Under the pieces are notes generated by a model. That model saw nothing but the letters and a program-made list of their open reading frames with translations. It was not told where the DNA came from and did no database searches. A stretch of 64,000 nt of DNA from Myxococcota bacterium (GTDB lineage: Bacteria > Myxococcota_A > UBA9160 > UBA6930). The translations under genes and the position numbers were made by a program. Where the stretch lies: assembly GCA_965223415.1 (NCBI GenBank), contig OZ245002.1, forward strand, positions 2,112,001 to 2,176,000, in the 5' to 3' direction. Shown piece by piece: positions 37,318 to 46,103 of the stretch. The stretch's first letter is position 1. Every line of letters starts with the position of its first letter.

Positions 37318-39401
37318 TCGGCCGCCTCGCGATCGTCCTGCTCGGCACGGCCTTCGCTCTCGCGGGGGGGCCGGCGACCGCCGAGGAAGAGGTGCCAGCG
37401 GCCGGTCCCGTCGCGGTGCCGCCGGATCCCTTCGCCATCTTCTCCGCGCGCCGCGCCTGGCTGCCGGTGCTCGACGCGGTGGAGCCCTGTCTCCCCGCGG
37501 AGCCCCCGGACGCCCTTCGCCCGGTGCTGCCGTTCGTGCTGGAGGACCGGGAGTCGGCGACCCGCCGAGTGCTGGAGCTGGCCGAGGAGACCCGGCGCAA
37601 GGAGGGCGAAGGGCTCTCGGCCGATCTCCGCCTGTGGCTCGCGATCGCCGGCGCGCGGGTCGCCGATACGGCGGAGCGTCGCCACGACGCGATCCGGACG
37701 ATCGACCGGGCGCTGACCCGGGGTGGCGGCGGTGAGGCCCGGGTGTGCGCTTACCTCGAGCGCGCGCGAGCGGAGCTGCGCATTCACCGGGCGCCGGAGG
37801 CGAGTGCCTCCGCGCTGCGGGCCCTCCGGGAGGGAGAGGCGGCGGAGCTGCCGCCGGCGCGTGTGGAGGCGGCTCGCTTCCTGCGGGCGGAGGCGCTCCT
37901 GCTCGCGGGCCGGGTCGACGACGCGCGCTCCCTCTACGAGTCCCTGGCCGCGGCGGACCGCCCTGGGGTCGCCGCCGCGTCGCGCCTCCGCCTGATCGAA
38001 AGCGTCGGAGGGGAGATCGATCCGGTGACGGCATGGAAGCGCCTGCAGGCGCGCATGGAGGAGGCGCGCGATGCCGACCTCGACCTGCGCGCCTTCGCGA
38101 GGGTCGCGACCGAGTTCGCGCTTCGCGCTGGCGATTCGAGGCGTGCGCTCCTCCATGCCTCCCGTGCGGCGGATCTGGAGGGCGACGACCTGGCGACCGG
38201 ACTCGCTGCCATCCGAAAGGCGGACGTGCTGGCAGCGCGGGATCGCGGCGCGGATGCCGCCCTCACGCTCCGGCGGCTCTCGGAGGTGCACCCGGACGTC
38301 GACGTACGGCGGCTGGCGACGATTCGGCTGGCCGTCCACGGGCTCGGAGGAGAGACCGCCGCGGAAGAGCGCGCGGTGCTGGAAGACGCGGCGGCCTCGA
38401 GCGAGCGGGGGCTCTCGGTGTACGCCCGCGCGGTGCTGCTCCACCGCCATGTCGGAGAGGGTGAGGTGGATCTCGCCCTCGCCGAGTACGCCCGACTGGC
38501 CTACGACGATCCCGACGACGTGCTCGCTCCGGACCATCGCGACGATCTCGACGCCGCCCTGCGCGCTGCGGTGGGCTCCCACTGCCCGACGACGGTGCGC
38601 CTGCTCGGCGGACGTCGCGAGCTCTTCCTGCGCCAGGCGCGGGTGAGCGAGCCCTTCGTTGCGCTGGCGGATTGCTACCTGGCGCTCGGCATGCCTGTGC
38701 CGGCCCTGGGTGCCTATCGCGCTGTCACCCGTGCCTTCGGCCCGTCGCTTGCCGCCCAGCTCACCCTGCGACTCGCCCGTGCGTCGCTCGGCGCGGGAGA
38801 CCTGCCCGCGGTGCGCGCTGCCCTGCGCGCGCATCGGGAGCACCCCGGCGAGCCTCGGGGGGGCCTGGCGGGGGACAGCTGGCCCCTGTTCGAGGCGGAG
38901 CTGGCGCTGCGCGAGGGACGGGAGGAGGCGGCGGCGGAGCGGCTGCTCTCCCTCGTGCGCGGCGGACGTGCGCCGCTGCGCGCGCTCCGCCGGCTGGCGG
39001 AGCTCGTCGCCCGGGACAAGACCGGAGGCGAGGCGCTCGCGGTCCTCGAGGACGAGACCTCCCGCTGGCAGCTCGCGCCGGATCCCCTGGCCGACGCCGA
39101 GGAGGCGCAGATCCGTGCGGGCATCGCGCTGGTGGTGGCCGACCGGCTGCTGGCGCGGGACGAGACCTCCCGCGCCCATTACTACTACGGGCTGGCCGCC
39201 GAGACCCTCGCCGACGGGCCCGAGCGCGCGCGTGCCCGCTTCGCACGCGCGCGCCTGAGTCGCGGTGAGCGGCGCCGGCGCGCCTTCGAGACCGCCGCCG
39301 AGCCGACCCAGGGCCCGGCCCTCTGGAACCGCCTCGCCGGCATCGAGCTGCGCGCCGCCGAGCTTCGAGCGGAAATCGGGCGCGCGGAGCCGACACCGTG
39401 A
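37314..39401 (+). CDS. Exported TPR-like/alpha-solenoid protein
   Basis: Signal-peptide-like N-terminus, repeated Ala/Leu/Arg helices with TPR-like A..Y patterns. Confidence 0.7.
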   Translation: MIGRLAIVLLGTAFALAGGPATAEEEVPAAGPVAVPPDPFAIFSARRAWLPVLDAVEPCLPAEPPDALRPVLPFVLEDRESATRRVLELAEETRRKEGEGLSADLRLWLAIAGARVADTAERRHDAIRTIDRALTRGGGGEARVCAYLERARAELRIHRAPEASASALRALREGEAAELPPARVEAARFLRAEALLLAGRVDDARSLYESLAAADRPGVAAASRLRLIESVGGEIDPVTAWKRLQARMEEARDADLDLRAFARVATEFALRAGDSRRALLHASRAADLEGDDLATGLAAIRKADVLAARDRGADAALTLRRLSEVHPDVDVRRLATIRLAVHGLGGETAAEERAVLEDAAASSERGLSVYARAVLLHRHVGEGEVDLALAEYARLAYDDPDDVLAPDHRDDLDAALRAAVGSHCPTTVRLLGGRRELFLRQARVSEPFVALADCYLALGMPVPALGAYRAVTRAFGPSLAAQLTLRLARASLGAGDLPAVRAALRAHREHPGEPRGGLAGDSWPLFEAELALREGREEAAAERLLSLVRGGRAPLRALRRLAELVARDKTGGEALAVLEDETSRWQLAPDPLADAEEAQIRAGIALVVADRLLARDETSRAHYYYGLAAETLADGPERARARFARARLSRGERRRRAFETAAEPTQGPALWNRLAGIELRAAELRAEIGRAEPTP

Positions 39402-39454
39402 CGACCACCCGCGACGCGGAGCCGACACCGTGACCGCCACCCGCGACGCGGAGC
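39383..39454 (+). repeat. 32-bp tandem duplication across a stop/start junction
   Basis: CGCGGAGCCGACACCGTGACGACCACCCGCGA / CGCGGAGCCGACACCGTGACCGCCACCCGCGA / CGCGGAGC. Confidence 0.9.
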
Positions 39455-39993
39455 TCGCCTCGGCTCTCCTCGACCTGCGCGCTCCCTTGTCGCGCATCGA
39501 GCTGGCGGCGAGTCGGCTCGACCGCGAGGAGCGGACGCCCCGCACGGGCGAGCTCGCGCGAACGATTCGCGAGGCCGTGGCGGCCGCCGATCACAAGCTC
39601 GAGCTGGCGTTGCGGGTGCTGGCGCCGCCCGCAGCGGAGCCGGCCCTTCCCGCGGCAGGTGTGCTGGAGGAGCTCGCCCTGCGGCTGCGTCCCGTGCTGG
39701 CGGCGCGTGGTCTCGAGCTGCGGGTCCACGGCGAGCCTTCGCCGGCCCTCGATCCCGCCGTGCTCCGTCGCGCCGCCATCGCCCTGGCCGGCACCGCGGC
39801 GGAGCTGGCGGAGGCGGGGCCGGTCGAGCTCCGTCTCGTGTCGGGGGAGGGGCGCTGGGGAGTCGAGGCGTGCTGGAGCGCCGCCGCCGGCGAAGGCGCC
39901 GCACTGCGCCGCCTCCGACCGCTGGCCCTCCTATGCGGCGGGGAAGCCTGTCACACGGACCGGGGCGCCGTCTTCTGGATGTCGACTTCGTGA
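39430..39993 (+). CDS. Degenerate histidine-kinase-like protein (no phospho-His)
   Basis: ALLDLRAPLSRIELAA resembles HisKA H-box HDLR.PL..I with His replaced by Leu; eroded ATPase domain. Confidence 0.6.
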   Translation: MTATRDAELASALLDLRAPLSRIELAASRLDREERTPRTGELARTIREAVAAADHKLELALRVLAPPAAEPALPAAGVLEELALRLRPVLAARGLELRVHGEPSPALDPAVLRRAAIALAGTAAELAEAGPVELRLVSGEGRWGVEACWSAAAGEGAALRRLRPLALLCGGEACHTDRGAVFWMSTS

Positions 39994-41282
39994 GGGTGCT
40001 GGCGCGCCTCCGGGACGCCGGCCTGCGCCGGGACGTCCTCGCCATCGCCCGCGCCGCCGGCTACGCGGCCGAAGAGGGCGCGAGCGATGCGGCGATGCTC
40101 GCCAGGGTGGAGCGGGGCGGCGTCGACGCCTCCCTGGTCGAGGTGAGCCGGCACGCCGACCTGCACCTGATCGAGGAGCTGCGCCGCCTCGCGCCGGACG
40201 TCGGCGTCGTCGCCGTGGGCGGACGGCCCGGCGTGGACCTGGTGGTCGACGCGTTTCGGGTCGGTGCCTCCGACTTCCTGCGCATGCCCTTCGACGTCTC
40301 TTCCCTGGAGCGGGCGCTGGCCCAGGTGCTGCGGCGGGAAGGCGCCGGGCCACGGGAGAGCGCCTTCCTCACCGAGGACGCGACCACCCGGGGCCTGCTC
40401 GACCAGCTGCGAAGGGTGGCGGCCAGCGAGGCGACGGTTCGTCTGGTCGGCGAGTCCGGCACCGGCAAGGACCTGCTGGCCCGCTGGCTCCACGAAACGA
40501 GCTCGCGTCGTCACGGGCCCTTCGTGGTGGTGAGCTGCGCAGGGCTCGCGCCGAGCCTCGCCGAGAGCGAGCTTTTCGGTCACGTTCGCGGCGCCTTCTC
40601 CGGCGCGGTGGAAGCGCACCCCGGGCAGCTCGCCACCGCCGACGGCGGAACGCTGGTGCTCGACGAGATTGCCGACCTCCGCCTGGAGCTCCAGCCGAAG
40701 CTCCTGCGCGCGCTCCAGGAGCGCGAGGTGATTCCTCTCGGCGGGCGGACGCCCCGGCCCCTCGACATCCGCGTCGTGGTCACCACCCAGCGGGACCTGG
40801 GGCAGGAGGTCGCCGCCGGTCGCTTCCGGGCCGATCTCTACTACCGGCTCGACGTCGTCACCCTGCGCATTCCGCCCCTGCGCGAGCGGCCCTCGGACGT
40901 TCCCCTGCTGGCGCGCGCGTTCCTCGACCGCTTCGCCGCCGCCTCGGGCAGCGAGCCGGCGCGTCTGGACGACGAGGTCATCGCGGCGCTCGCGTCCCGC
41001 CCGTTCCGGGGCAACGTGCGCGAGCTGGAGAACCTGATGCGGCGCGCGGCACTCCTCTTTCCGGGGCGTTCCATCGACCCGGCCCGGCTGTTCACCCCGA
41101 GCGCGAGGTCCGGGGGAGGGATGACGCCGGGTCTGCGCTCGCTGAACCTCCGCGAGCTGGAGCGCGCCGCCGTGATCCGCTCCCTCGAGATGACAGGCGG
41201 CAACCGCACCCTCGCCTCGCGCGCCCTGGGCATCAGCGTGCGCACCCTGCGCAACAAGATCCGGCAATACGAGCTAGCCTGA
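39990..41282 (+). CDS. Sigma54-dependent activator (degenerate REC-AAA+-HTH), FleR/FlrC-like position
   Basis: GESGTGKD, ESELFGH..GAFSGA, LDEI, RFRADLYYRL, GNVRELEN, GGNRT..LGISVRTLRNK. Confidence 0.9.
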   Translation: MRVLARLRDAGLRRDVLAIARAAGYAAEEGASDAAMLARVERGGVDASLVEVSRHADLHLIEELRRLAPDVGVVAVGGRPGVDLVVDAFRVGASDFLRMPFDVSSLERALAQVLRREGAGPRESAFLTEDATTRGLLDQLRRVAASEATVRLVGESGTGKDLLARWLHETSSRRHGPFVVVSCAGLAPSLAESELFGHVRGAFSGAVEAHPGQLATADGGTLVLDEIADLRLELQPKLLRALQEREVIPLGGRTPRPLDIRVVVTTQRDLGQEVAAGRFRADLYYRLDVVTLRIPPLRERPSDVPLLARAFLDRFAAASGSEPARLDDEVIAALASRPFRGNVRELENLMRRAALLFPGRSIDPARLFTPSARSGGGMTPGLRSLNLRELERAAVIRSLEMTGGNRTLASRALGISVRTLRNKIRQYELA

Positions 41283-41287
41283 GCCGC

Positions 41288-41629
41288 GTGATCAGCGCGT
41301 CCCAGCTGCGCAAGCTCGCCCTTGCCCTGCCGGGCGTCGAAGAAGGCACCTCCTACGGCACCCCCGCCTTCCGCGTGCGGAAGAAGCTGCTGGCGCGCGT
41401 GTCCGATGACGGCGAGTCCCTGGTCCTGCGCATCGACATGACGGATCGGGAAGCCCTGATGCGGAGCGATCCCAAGACCTTCTTCGTGACCGACCACTAC
41501 CGCGACCACTCCTGGGTGCTGGTCCGGCTGGCGACGGTGAAGAAGGGCGAGCTGGCCGCGCTCTTCGAGCGGGCCTGGCGGGACGCGGCGCCGGCGAAGC
41601 TGATCGCGGAGCACGGCGCGCGGCGCTGA
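41288..41629 (+). CDS. MmcQ/YjbR family protein
   Basis: LALPGVEEGTSYGTPAFRV, HY...WVLVRL, AW. Confidence 0.85.
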   Translation: MISASQLRKLALALPGVEEGTSYGTPAFRVRKKLLARVSDDGESLVLRIDMTDREALMRSDPKTFFVTDHYRDHSWVLVRLATVKKGELAALFERAWRDAAPAKLIAEHGARR

Positions 41630-41651
41630 CCCGGCACGAACGTCCCACCCG

Positions 41652-41668
41652 TCGTTCAAGCTGAAACG
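41652..41668. promoter_or_regulatory. Putative enhancer site
   Basis: TCGTTCAAGCTGAAACG, 70 bp upstream of the flgB promoter. Confidence 0.55.
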
Positions 41669-41738
41669 CGGTGCTGCAAGGCGGGAGGCTCGCGGCGTCC
41701 CTGGCGGGCCGAGAGCGCGCGAGACCGCCAGCCGGCGG

Positions 41739-41754
41739 TGGCACTCGCCTTGCA
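41739..41754 (+). promoter_or_regulatory. Sigma54 promoter of the flgB operon
   Basis: TGGCAC-TCGCC-TTGCA, perfect consensus. Confidence 0.85.
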
Positions 41755-41797
41755 CTGGTTCCTGCCGACGCTCCCCGTGCGGGGATGGGAGGAGACG

Positions 41798-42190
41798 ATG
41801 CCCGGGCCGATGAACGGAGCCATGCCGCTGCTGGAGGACGCGATGCGCTTCCGGCTGGCGCGCCAGGCCGCGCTCGCGGGCAACGTCGCGAACGCGGACA
41901 CGCCCGGCTATCGCCGCGTCGATCTCGAGTTCCAGCACGCGCTGGCGCACGCTGCGGCCCGGCTCGACCGGACGCACCCCGACCATCTCGGAACCGGAGG
42001 AGAAGGGGCGAGCGCGGACTACCGCGTCGTGCGCGGGCCCCGCGGCACGCGGCCCGACGGCAACGGCGTCGAGCTCGACAGCGAGCTGATCGCCCTCAAC
42101 CGCAACGCGGGGGCGTTCCAGGACCAGGCCGCGGTGCTCTCGCGCCTCCACGTGCTTCGCCGGATCGCCGTCACAGGGGAGGGCCGCTGA
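41798..42190 (+). CDS. flgB: Rod protein FlgB
   Basis: RQ..LAGNVANADTPGY, T.P.HL, DGNGV.LD.E. Confidence 0.94.
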   Translation: MPGPMNGAMPLLEDAMRFRLARQAALAGNVANADTPGYRRVDLEFQHALAHAAARLDRTHPDHLGTGGEGASADYRVVRGPRGTRPDGNGVELDSELIALNRNAGAFQDQAAVLSRLHVLRRIAVTGEGR

Positions 42191-42615
42191 TGAAGATCAG
42201 TGAGATCGTGGACATCGGCGTCTCCGGCGTGCTGGCCCAGCGCGCGCGCATGGCCGCCACCGCGTCGAACCTCGCCAACGCCGAGACCACCCGCACACCC
42301 GAAGGCGGGCCCTACCGCCGCCGGGATCCGGTCTTCCGCACGAGCGGAGTCGGCGGTCCCTTCGCGGACCGGCTGGCCCGGGCGGTGCGCAAGGTCGAGG
42401 TCGCGCGGGTCGCCCTCGATCCGCGTCCGCCCACCACCCGATTCGATCCCGGGCATCCGGACGCGGACCCCCAGGGCTACGTAGCGATTCCCCGGGTGAA
42501 CGTCGTGGAGGAGCTCTCCAACATGATGTCGGCGAGCCGCTCCTACCAGGCCAACCTGCTGATCCTGCGAAAGGCCCGCGAAATGGCTCGCGCGGCGCTG
42601 CAGATCGGCGGCTAG
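42190..42615 (+). CDS. flgC: Rod protein FlgC
   Basis: SNLANAETTRTPEGGPYRR, DPGHPDAD..GYV, ASRSYQAN. Confidence 0.96.
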   Translation: MKISEIVDIGVSGVLAQRARMAATASNLANAETTRTPEGGPYRRRDPVFRTSGVGGPFADRLARAVRKVEVARVALDPRPPTTRFDPGHPDADPQGYVAIPRVNVVEELSNMMSASRSYQANLLILRKAREMARAALQIGG

Positions 42616-42625
42616 GAGACGGTCC

Positions 42626-42922
42626 ATGGACTCCAGTCGCATCGCCGCCGCCCGGCTCTCCGCGCCGCCCCTCGCGGCCGACGCGACGCCCGGCCCCTCC
42701 TCCGGCGCTTCGTTCTCCGAGCACGTGAAGGCGGCGATCCAGAACGCGAACCGCGAGCTCACCCAGGCGGAGACGGAGGCGACCCGGATCGCCAAGGGAG
42801 AAGGGGACATCGTCGAAGCGATGATGGCGCTCTCGAAGGCCGAGCTGTCCCTGCGTCACGTCGTGACGCTGCGCAACCGCGTGCTCGAATCCTACCAGCA
42901 GATCATGAGGCTCCAGCTCTAG
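42626..42922 (+). CDS. fliE: Hook-basal body protein FliE
   Basis: KAELSL, RNRVLESYQQIMR. Confidence 0.92.
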   Translation: MDSSRIAAARLSAPPLAADATPGPSSGASFSEHVKAAIQNANRELTQAETEATRIAKGEGDIVEAMMALSKAELSLRHVVTLRNRVLESYQQIMRLQL

Positions 42923-42925
42923 GCC

Positions 42926-44488
42926 ATGGAATGGCTCACCCGACTCCTCCAGCAGATCGGCTCGCTTCCGGCCGGCCGTCAGGCCGTGCTGGGCGCGACC
43001 GCCTTCGGCTCTCTCGCCTTCCTGCTCTGGATCGCCTACGGCGCCGCCACGCCGGACTACCGGGCGGCTTACCGCGGCCTTCCCGAGGACGAGATCGCCC
43101 GGGTGGCGGAGATGCTCCGGGAGGAGCGAATCGAGTACAAGGTGAGCGAGGGCGGCACCGCCATCCTCGTTCCGGCGCCGATGGTCTACGAGGCGCGGAT
43201 CCGCGCGGCCGGCCGGGGCCTGCCTTCCGGTGGCGCCACGGGCTTCGAGCTCTTCGACCAGCCGGCCTTCGGCGTGACGGACTTCGTGCACCGGGTGAAC
43301 TACTCGCGCGCCATGCAGGGTGAGCTGGCCCGCAGCATCGAGCAGCTCGAACCGGTGGCGCGCGCGCGGGTGCAGGTGGTGATCCCCGAGCGCAAGAGCG
43401 TCCTGGCGGCGGCCAACCGCAAGCCCAGCGCCGCCGTCGTGGCCCGGCTCCAGCCCGGCCGCGAGCTGCAGCAGGAGCAGGTGCGGGCGATCGTCCACCT
43501 GGTGGCGTCGAGCATCGAATCCCTCGACCCGAGCGACGTCACGGTCGTCGACGGCAGCGGCCGGCTGCTCACCGCCCAGGGCGAGGACGTGGCCGGCGGG
43601 GCGCTGCCGGCGGGCGGCGCGCCTTCCTACCAGCAGCGGGTGGAGAAGGATCTCGGCCGGCGCATCGAGGCCATCCTGGAGAAGACGGTCGGACCCGGCG
43701 GCGTGATCGCCCGGGTGCGCGCCGACATGGATTTCACGGAGCGCGAGACCACCGAGGAGGTCTTCGATCCGGATTCGCAGATCGCCCGCAGCGAGCAGCG
43801 CACCACCGAGACGGCCAGCGAAGGCGGCGGCGAGGGCGGCGTACCGGGCGTCGCCTCGAACACGCCGGACCTGGCCGCGGCGACCGGCTCGGGCGGCGGC
43901 AACGCCTCCAGCTCGAACCGCACCGCCGAGACCTTCAACTACGAGATCAGCAAGACCGTGAGCCGCCAGATCAAGCCCATGGGCGAGACCCAGCGCCTCT
44001 CCATCGCGGTGCTGGTGGCGGACCGGCTGCCCGCCGAGGAAGGCGGCGAGCCGGTGCCGTGGGACGAGGATTCCCTCGCCCAGTTCACGACCCTTGCCAA
44101 GCAGGCGGTGGGCTTCGACGAGAAGCGCGGCGACCAGATCACCGTCAGCAGCGCCCCCTTCCGCACACCGGACGCGGAGATTCCCGAGGAAGGCCTGCTC
44201 ACCCCGGAGATCCTGTTCCTGATCGGCACCGTGGTACGGGTCGTCGCGGTGGTGCTGGCGCTCTTCCTCTTCGCGCGTCTCGTGGTGCGGCCCGTCCTCG
44301 ACACCCTCGAGAGCGCGGCGCCGATCCCGCTCCCGGCAACGGTGGCGGATCTGGAGGCGCAAGCGGCGCTGCCGGAGAGCGAGGCCGCCGCGGCCCTGCC
44401 CGAGGGCGAGGTCGATCAGAGTCCGATCGCGGCGGTCCGCACCGACGAAGGCGTGCAGACCCTGCGCAACTGGCTGAACCAGGGATAG
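42926..44488 (+). CDS. fliF: MS-ring protein FliF
   Basis: GFELFD, RAMQGELARSI, NYEISK, RGDQI, LRNWL. Confidence 0.96.
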   Translation: MEWLTRLLQQIGSLPAGRQAVLGATAFGSLAFLLWIAYGAATPDYRAAYRGLPEDEIARVAEMLREERIEYKVSEGGTAILVPAPMVYEARIRAAGRGLPSGGATGFELFDQPAFGVTDFVHRVNYSRAMQGELARSIEQLEPVARARVQVVIPERKSVLAAANRKPSAAVVARLQPGRELQQEQVRAIVHLVASSIESLDPSDVTVVDGSGRLLTAQGEDVAGGALPAGGAPSYQQRVEKDLGRRIEAILEKTVGPGGVIARVRADMDFTERETTEEVFDPDSQIARSEQRTTETASEGGGEGGVPGVASNTPDLAAATGSGGGNASSSNRTAETFNYEISKTVSRQIKPMGETQRLSIAVLVADRLPAEEGGEPVPWDEDSLAQFTTLAKQAVGFDEKRGDQITVSSAPFRTPDAEIPEEGLLTPEILFLIGTVVRVVAVVLALFLFARLVVRPVLDTLESAAPIPLPATVADLEAQAALPESEAAAALPEGEVDQSPIAAVRTDEGVQTLRNWLNQG

Positions 44489-44491
44489 CGG

Positions 44492-45493
44492 TTGGAGTTC
44501 GAGACCCTCACAGGCGCCGAGAAGGTCGGCATCGTGATCCTCTCCCTCCCGAAGGATCGGGTGACGGAGTACCTCGCCCAGCTCTCGGACGAAGAGGTGG
44601 AGAAAGCGCTCTCCGCCGTCTCGCGGATGGAGAAGATCGAGCCCCGCATCCAGAGGCTGGTGATGAGCGAGTTCCAGGAGTCGATCGGTCAGCAGGACAC
44701 CGCGATCGCCGGCGGCCGGGAGACGGCGCTCGCGATCGTGGAGAACGGCCTCGACGACGAGCGGGCCGCCGGCATCCTCGAGAAGCTCGGGCGCGACGAG
44801 CAGCGCATCGATTGGACGCTGCGCTCCTACCACCCGAAGTTCATCTGCGATCGCATCGAGGACGAGCACCCGCAGACGATCGCGCTCATCCTCTCGCAGA
44901 TCCCCGCGGATCGGGGAGCGGTAGTGATCAACACGCTGCCCGAGGCGATGCAGCCGGAGGTGGTGCTGCGGCTGGCCAGCATGCAGCCCGTGGCCACCGA
45001 CGTGATGACGGATCTCGAGATCGGCGTGGCGGAGCTCTTCCGCCGGCAGAAGGTCTCGACCACACGCGCCGGCGGAACCAAGGCCGCGGCGAACATGCTG
45101 AACCGCGTCCCGAAGGAGGAGGGCTCGACCATCCTCGACGGTGTGGACGTGCGCGACGCCGCGGTGGCCGTCGACATCCGCAAGCGGATGCTCACCTTCG
45201 AGGACCTGCAGAACATCGACAAGCGTGGCTTCCAGACTTTCCTGCGCGAGGTGTCGACCGAGGACCTGGCGGTGGCGATGAAGACCGCCTCCGAGGAGAT
45301 GCAGGAGAAGATCTTCTCGAACCTCTCCTCCCGCGCGGTGGACCAGATCAAGGAGGAGGTGGATCTCCTCGGGCCCATGAAGCTCGCCGACGTGGAGGCG
45401 GTGCAGGAGCAGATCGTCGAGGTGGCGCGGCGGCTCGAGGCCGAGGGACGGCTCTCGATCGAGCTGGGAGGCGGCGATGACGTCCTCGTTTAG
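44492..45493 (+). CDS. fliG: Motor switch protein FliG
   Basis: LTGAEK, EHPQTIALILS, MLTFEDL, NLSSRA, GP..L.DVE; TTG start. Confidence 0.95.
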   Translation: MEFETLTGAEKVGIVILSLPKDRVTEYLAQLSDEEVEKALSAVSRMEKIEPRIQRLVMSEFQESIGQQDTAIAGGRETALAIVENGLDDERAAGILEKLGRDEQRIDWTLRSYHPKFICDRIEDEHPQTIALILSQIPADRGAVVINTLPEAMQPEVVLRLASMQPVATDVMTDLEIGVAELFRRQKVSTTRAGGTKAAANMLNRVPKEEGSTILDGVDVRDAAVAVDIRKRMLTFEDLQNIDKRGFQTFLREVSTEDLAVAMKTASEEMQEKIFSNLSSRAVDQIKEEVDLLGPMKLADVEAVQEQIVEVARRLEAEGRLSIELGGGDDVLV

Positions 45494-46103
45494 GACCGAG
45501 ACGCCGGAGGAGGCGGCGGCGTTCGTGGTGGATCCGCTCTTCGGAGAGGACGGCTTCACCACCGAGCTCGCCGCACCCGATCCCACGCCGGAGGAGCAGC
45601 AGGCGGCTGCCTACGAAGAGGGTCGTCGGGCCGGACGGGCTGAGCTGCCGTGGGAGGACGCGGAGCGCCTGCGCACGGCGGCGGATGCCCTCGCCGGTGC
45701 GGCGGACGCCCTGGCCCTCGTGCAGCGCGACGGCCTGCGCAGTCAGCGCACGGCGATCGTCGACCTGGCGCTGGTCGTCGCCGGACACCTCCTCGGCCGC
45801 GAAATCGAAGCCGATACCGACGCCCTGGCGGCCCAGGTGGCCGACGCCCTCGAGCTGCTCCAGGGCCACGCGCCGCCGGCGGTGCACCTCTCGCCCCCCG
45901 ACCACGAGACGCTGCGGGGCGGCGGCGCGCCGGGCCTCGAGCGCCTGGCCGGCGAGTGGGGCGCGACGCTCGTGGCCGACGAGGAGCTCGCCCCGGGCCA
46001 GGTTCGCGTGCTCGGCGGTGAGAGTCTGGTGGAGATCGAGCTGGACCGGGCGCTCGCGCGCCTTCGCGAAGAGCTGCTCGCCGCGAACGGGGGAGGCTCG
46101 TGA
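45477..46103 (+). CDS. fliH: Flagellar assembly protein FliH
   Basis: AYEEGRRAG (GxxxG), VHLSPPD, DEELAPG; between fliG and fliI. Confidence 0.82.
   Translation: MTSSFRTETPEEAAAFVVDPLFGEDGFTTELAAPDPTPEEQQAAAYEEGRRAGRAELPWEDAERLRTAADALAGAADALALVQRDGLRSQRTAIVDLALVVAGHLLGREIEADTDALAAQVADALELLQGHAPPAVHLSPPDHETLRGGGAPGLERLAGEWGATLVADEELAPGQVRVLGGESLVEIELDRALARLREELLAANGGGS

Noticed and set aside
39383..39454. 32-bp repeats as a CRISPR array
   Set aside because: Repeats are contiguous with no spacers, and there are no cas genes
42197..45586. Very long antisense ORFs (1129 aa here; also 8912-11572, 28245-30869, 36999-39545, 11515-13776)
   Set aside because: Shadow ORFs opposite well-supported genes, expected from high GC3 bias; no recognisable motifs
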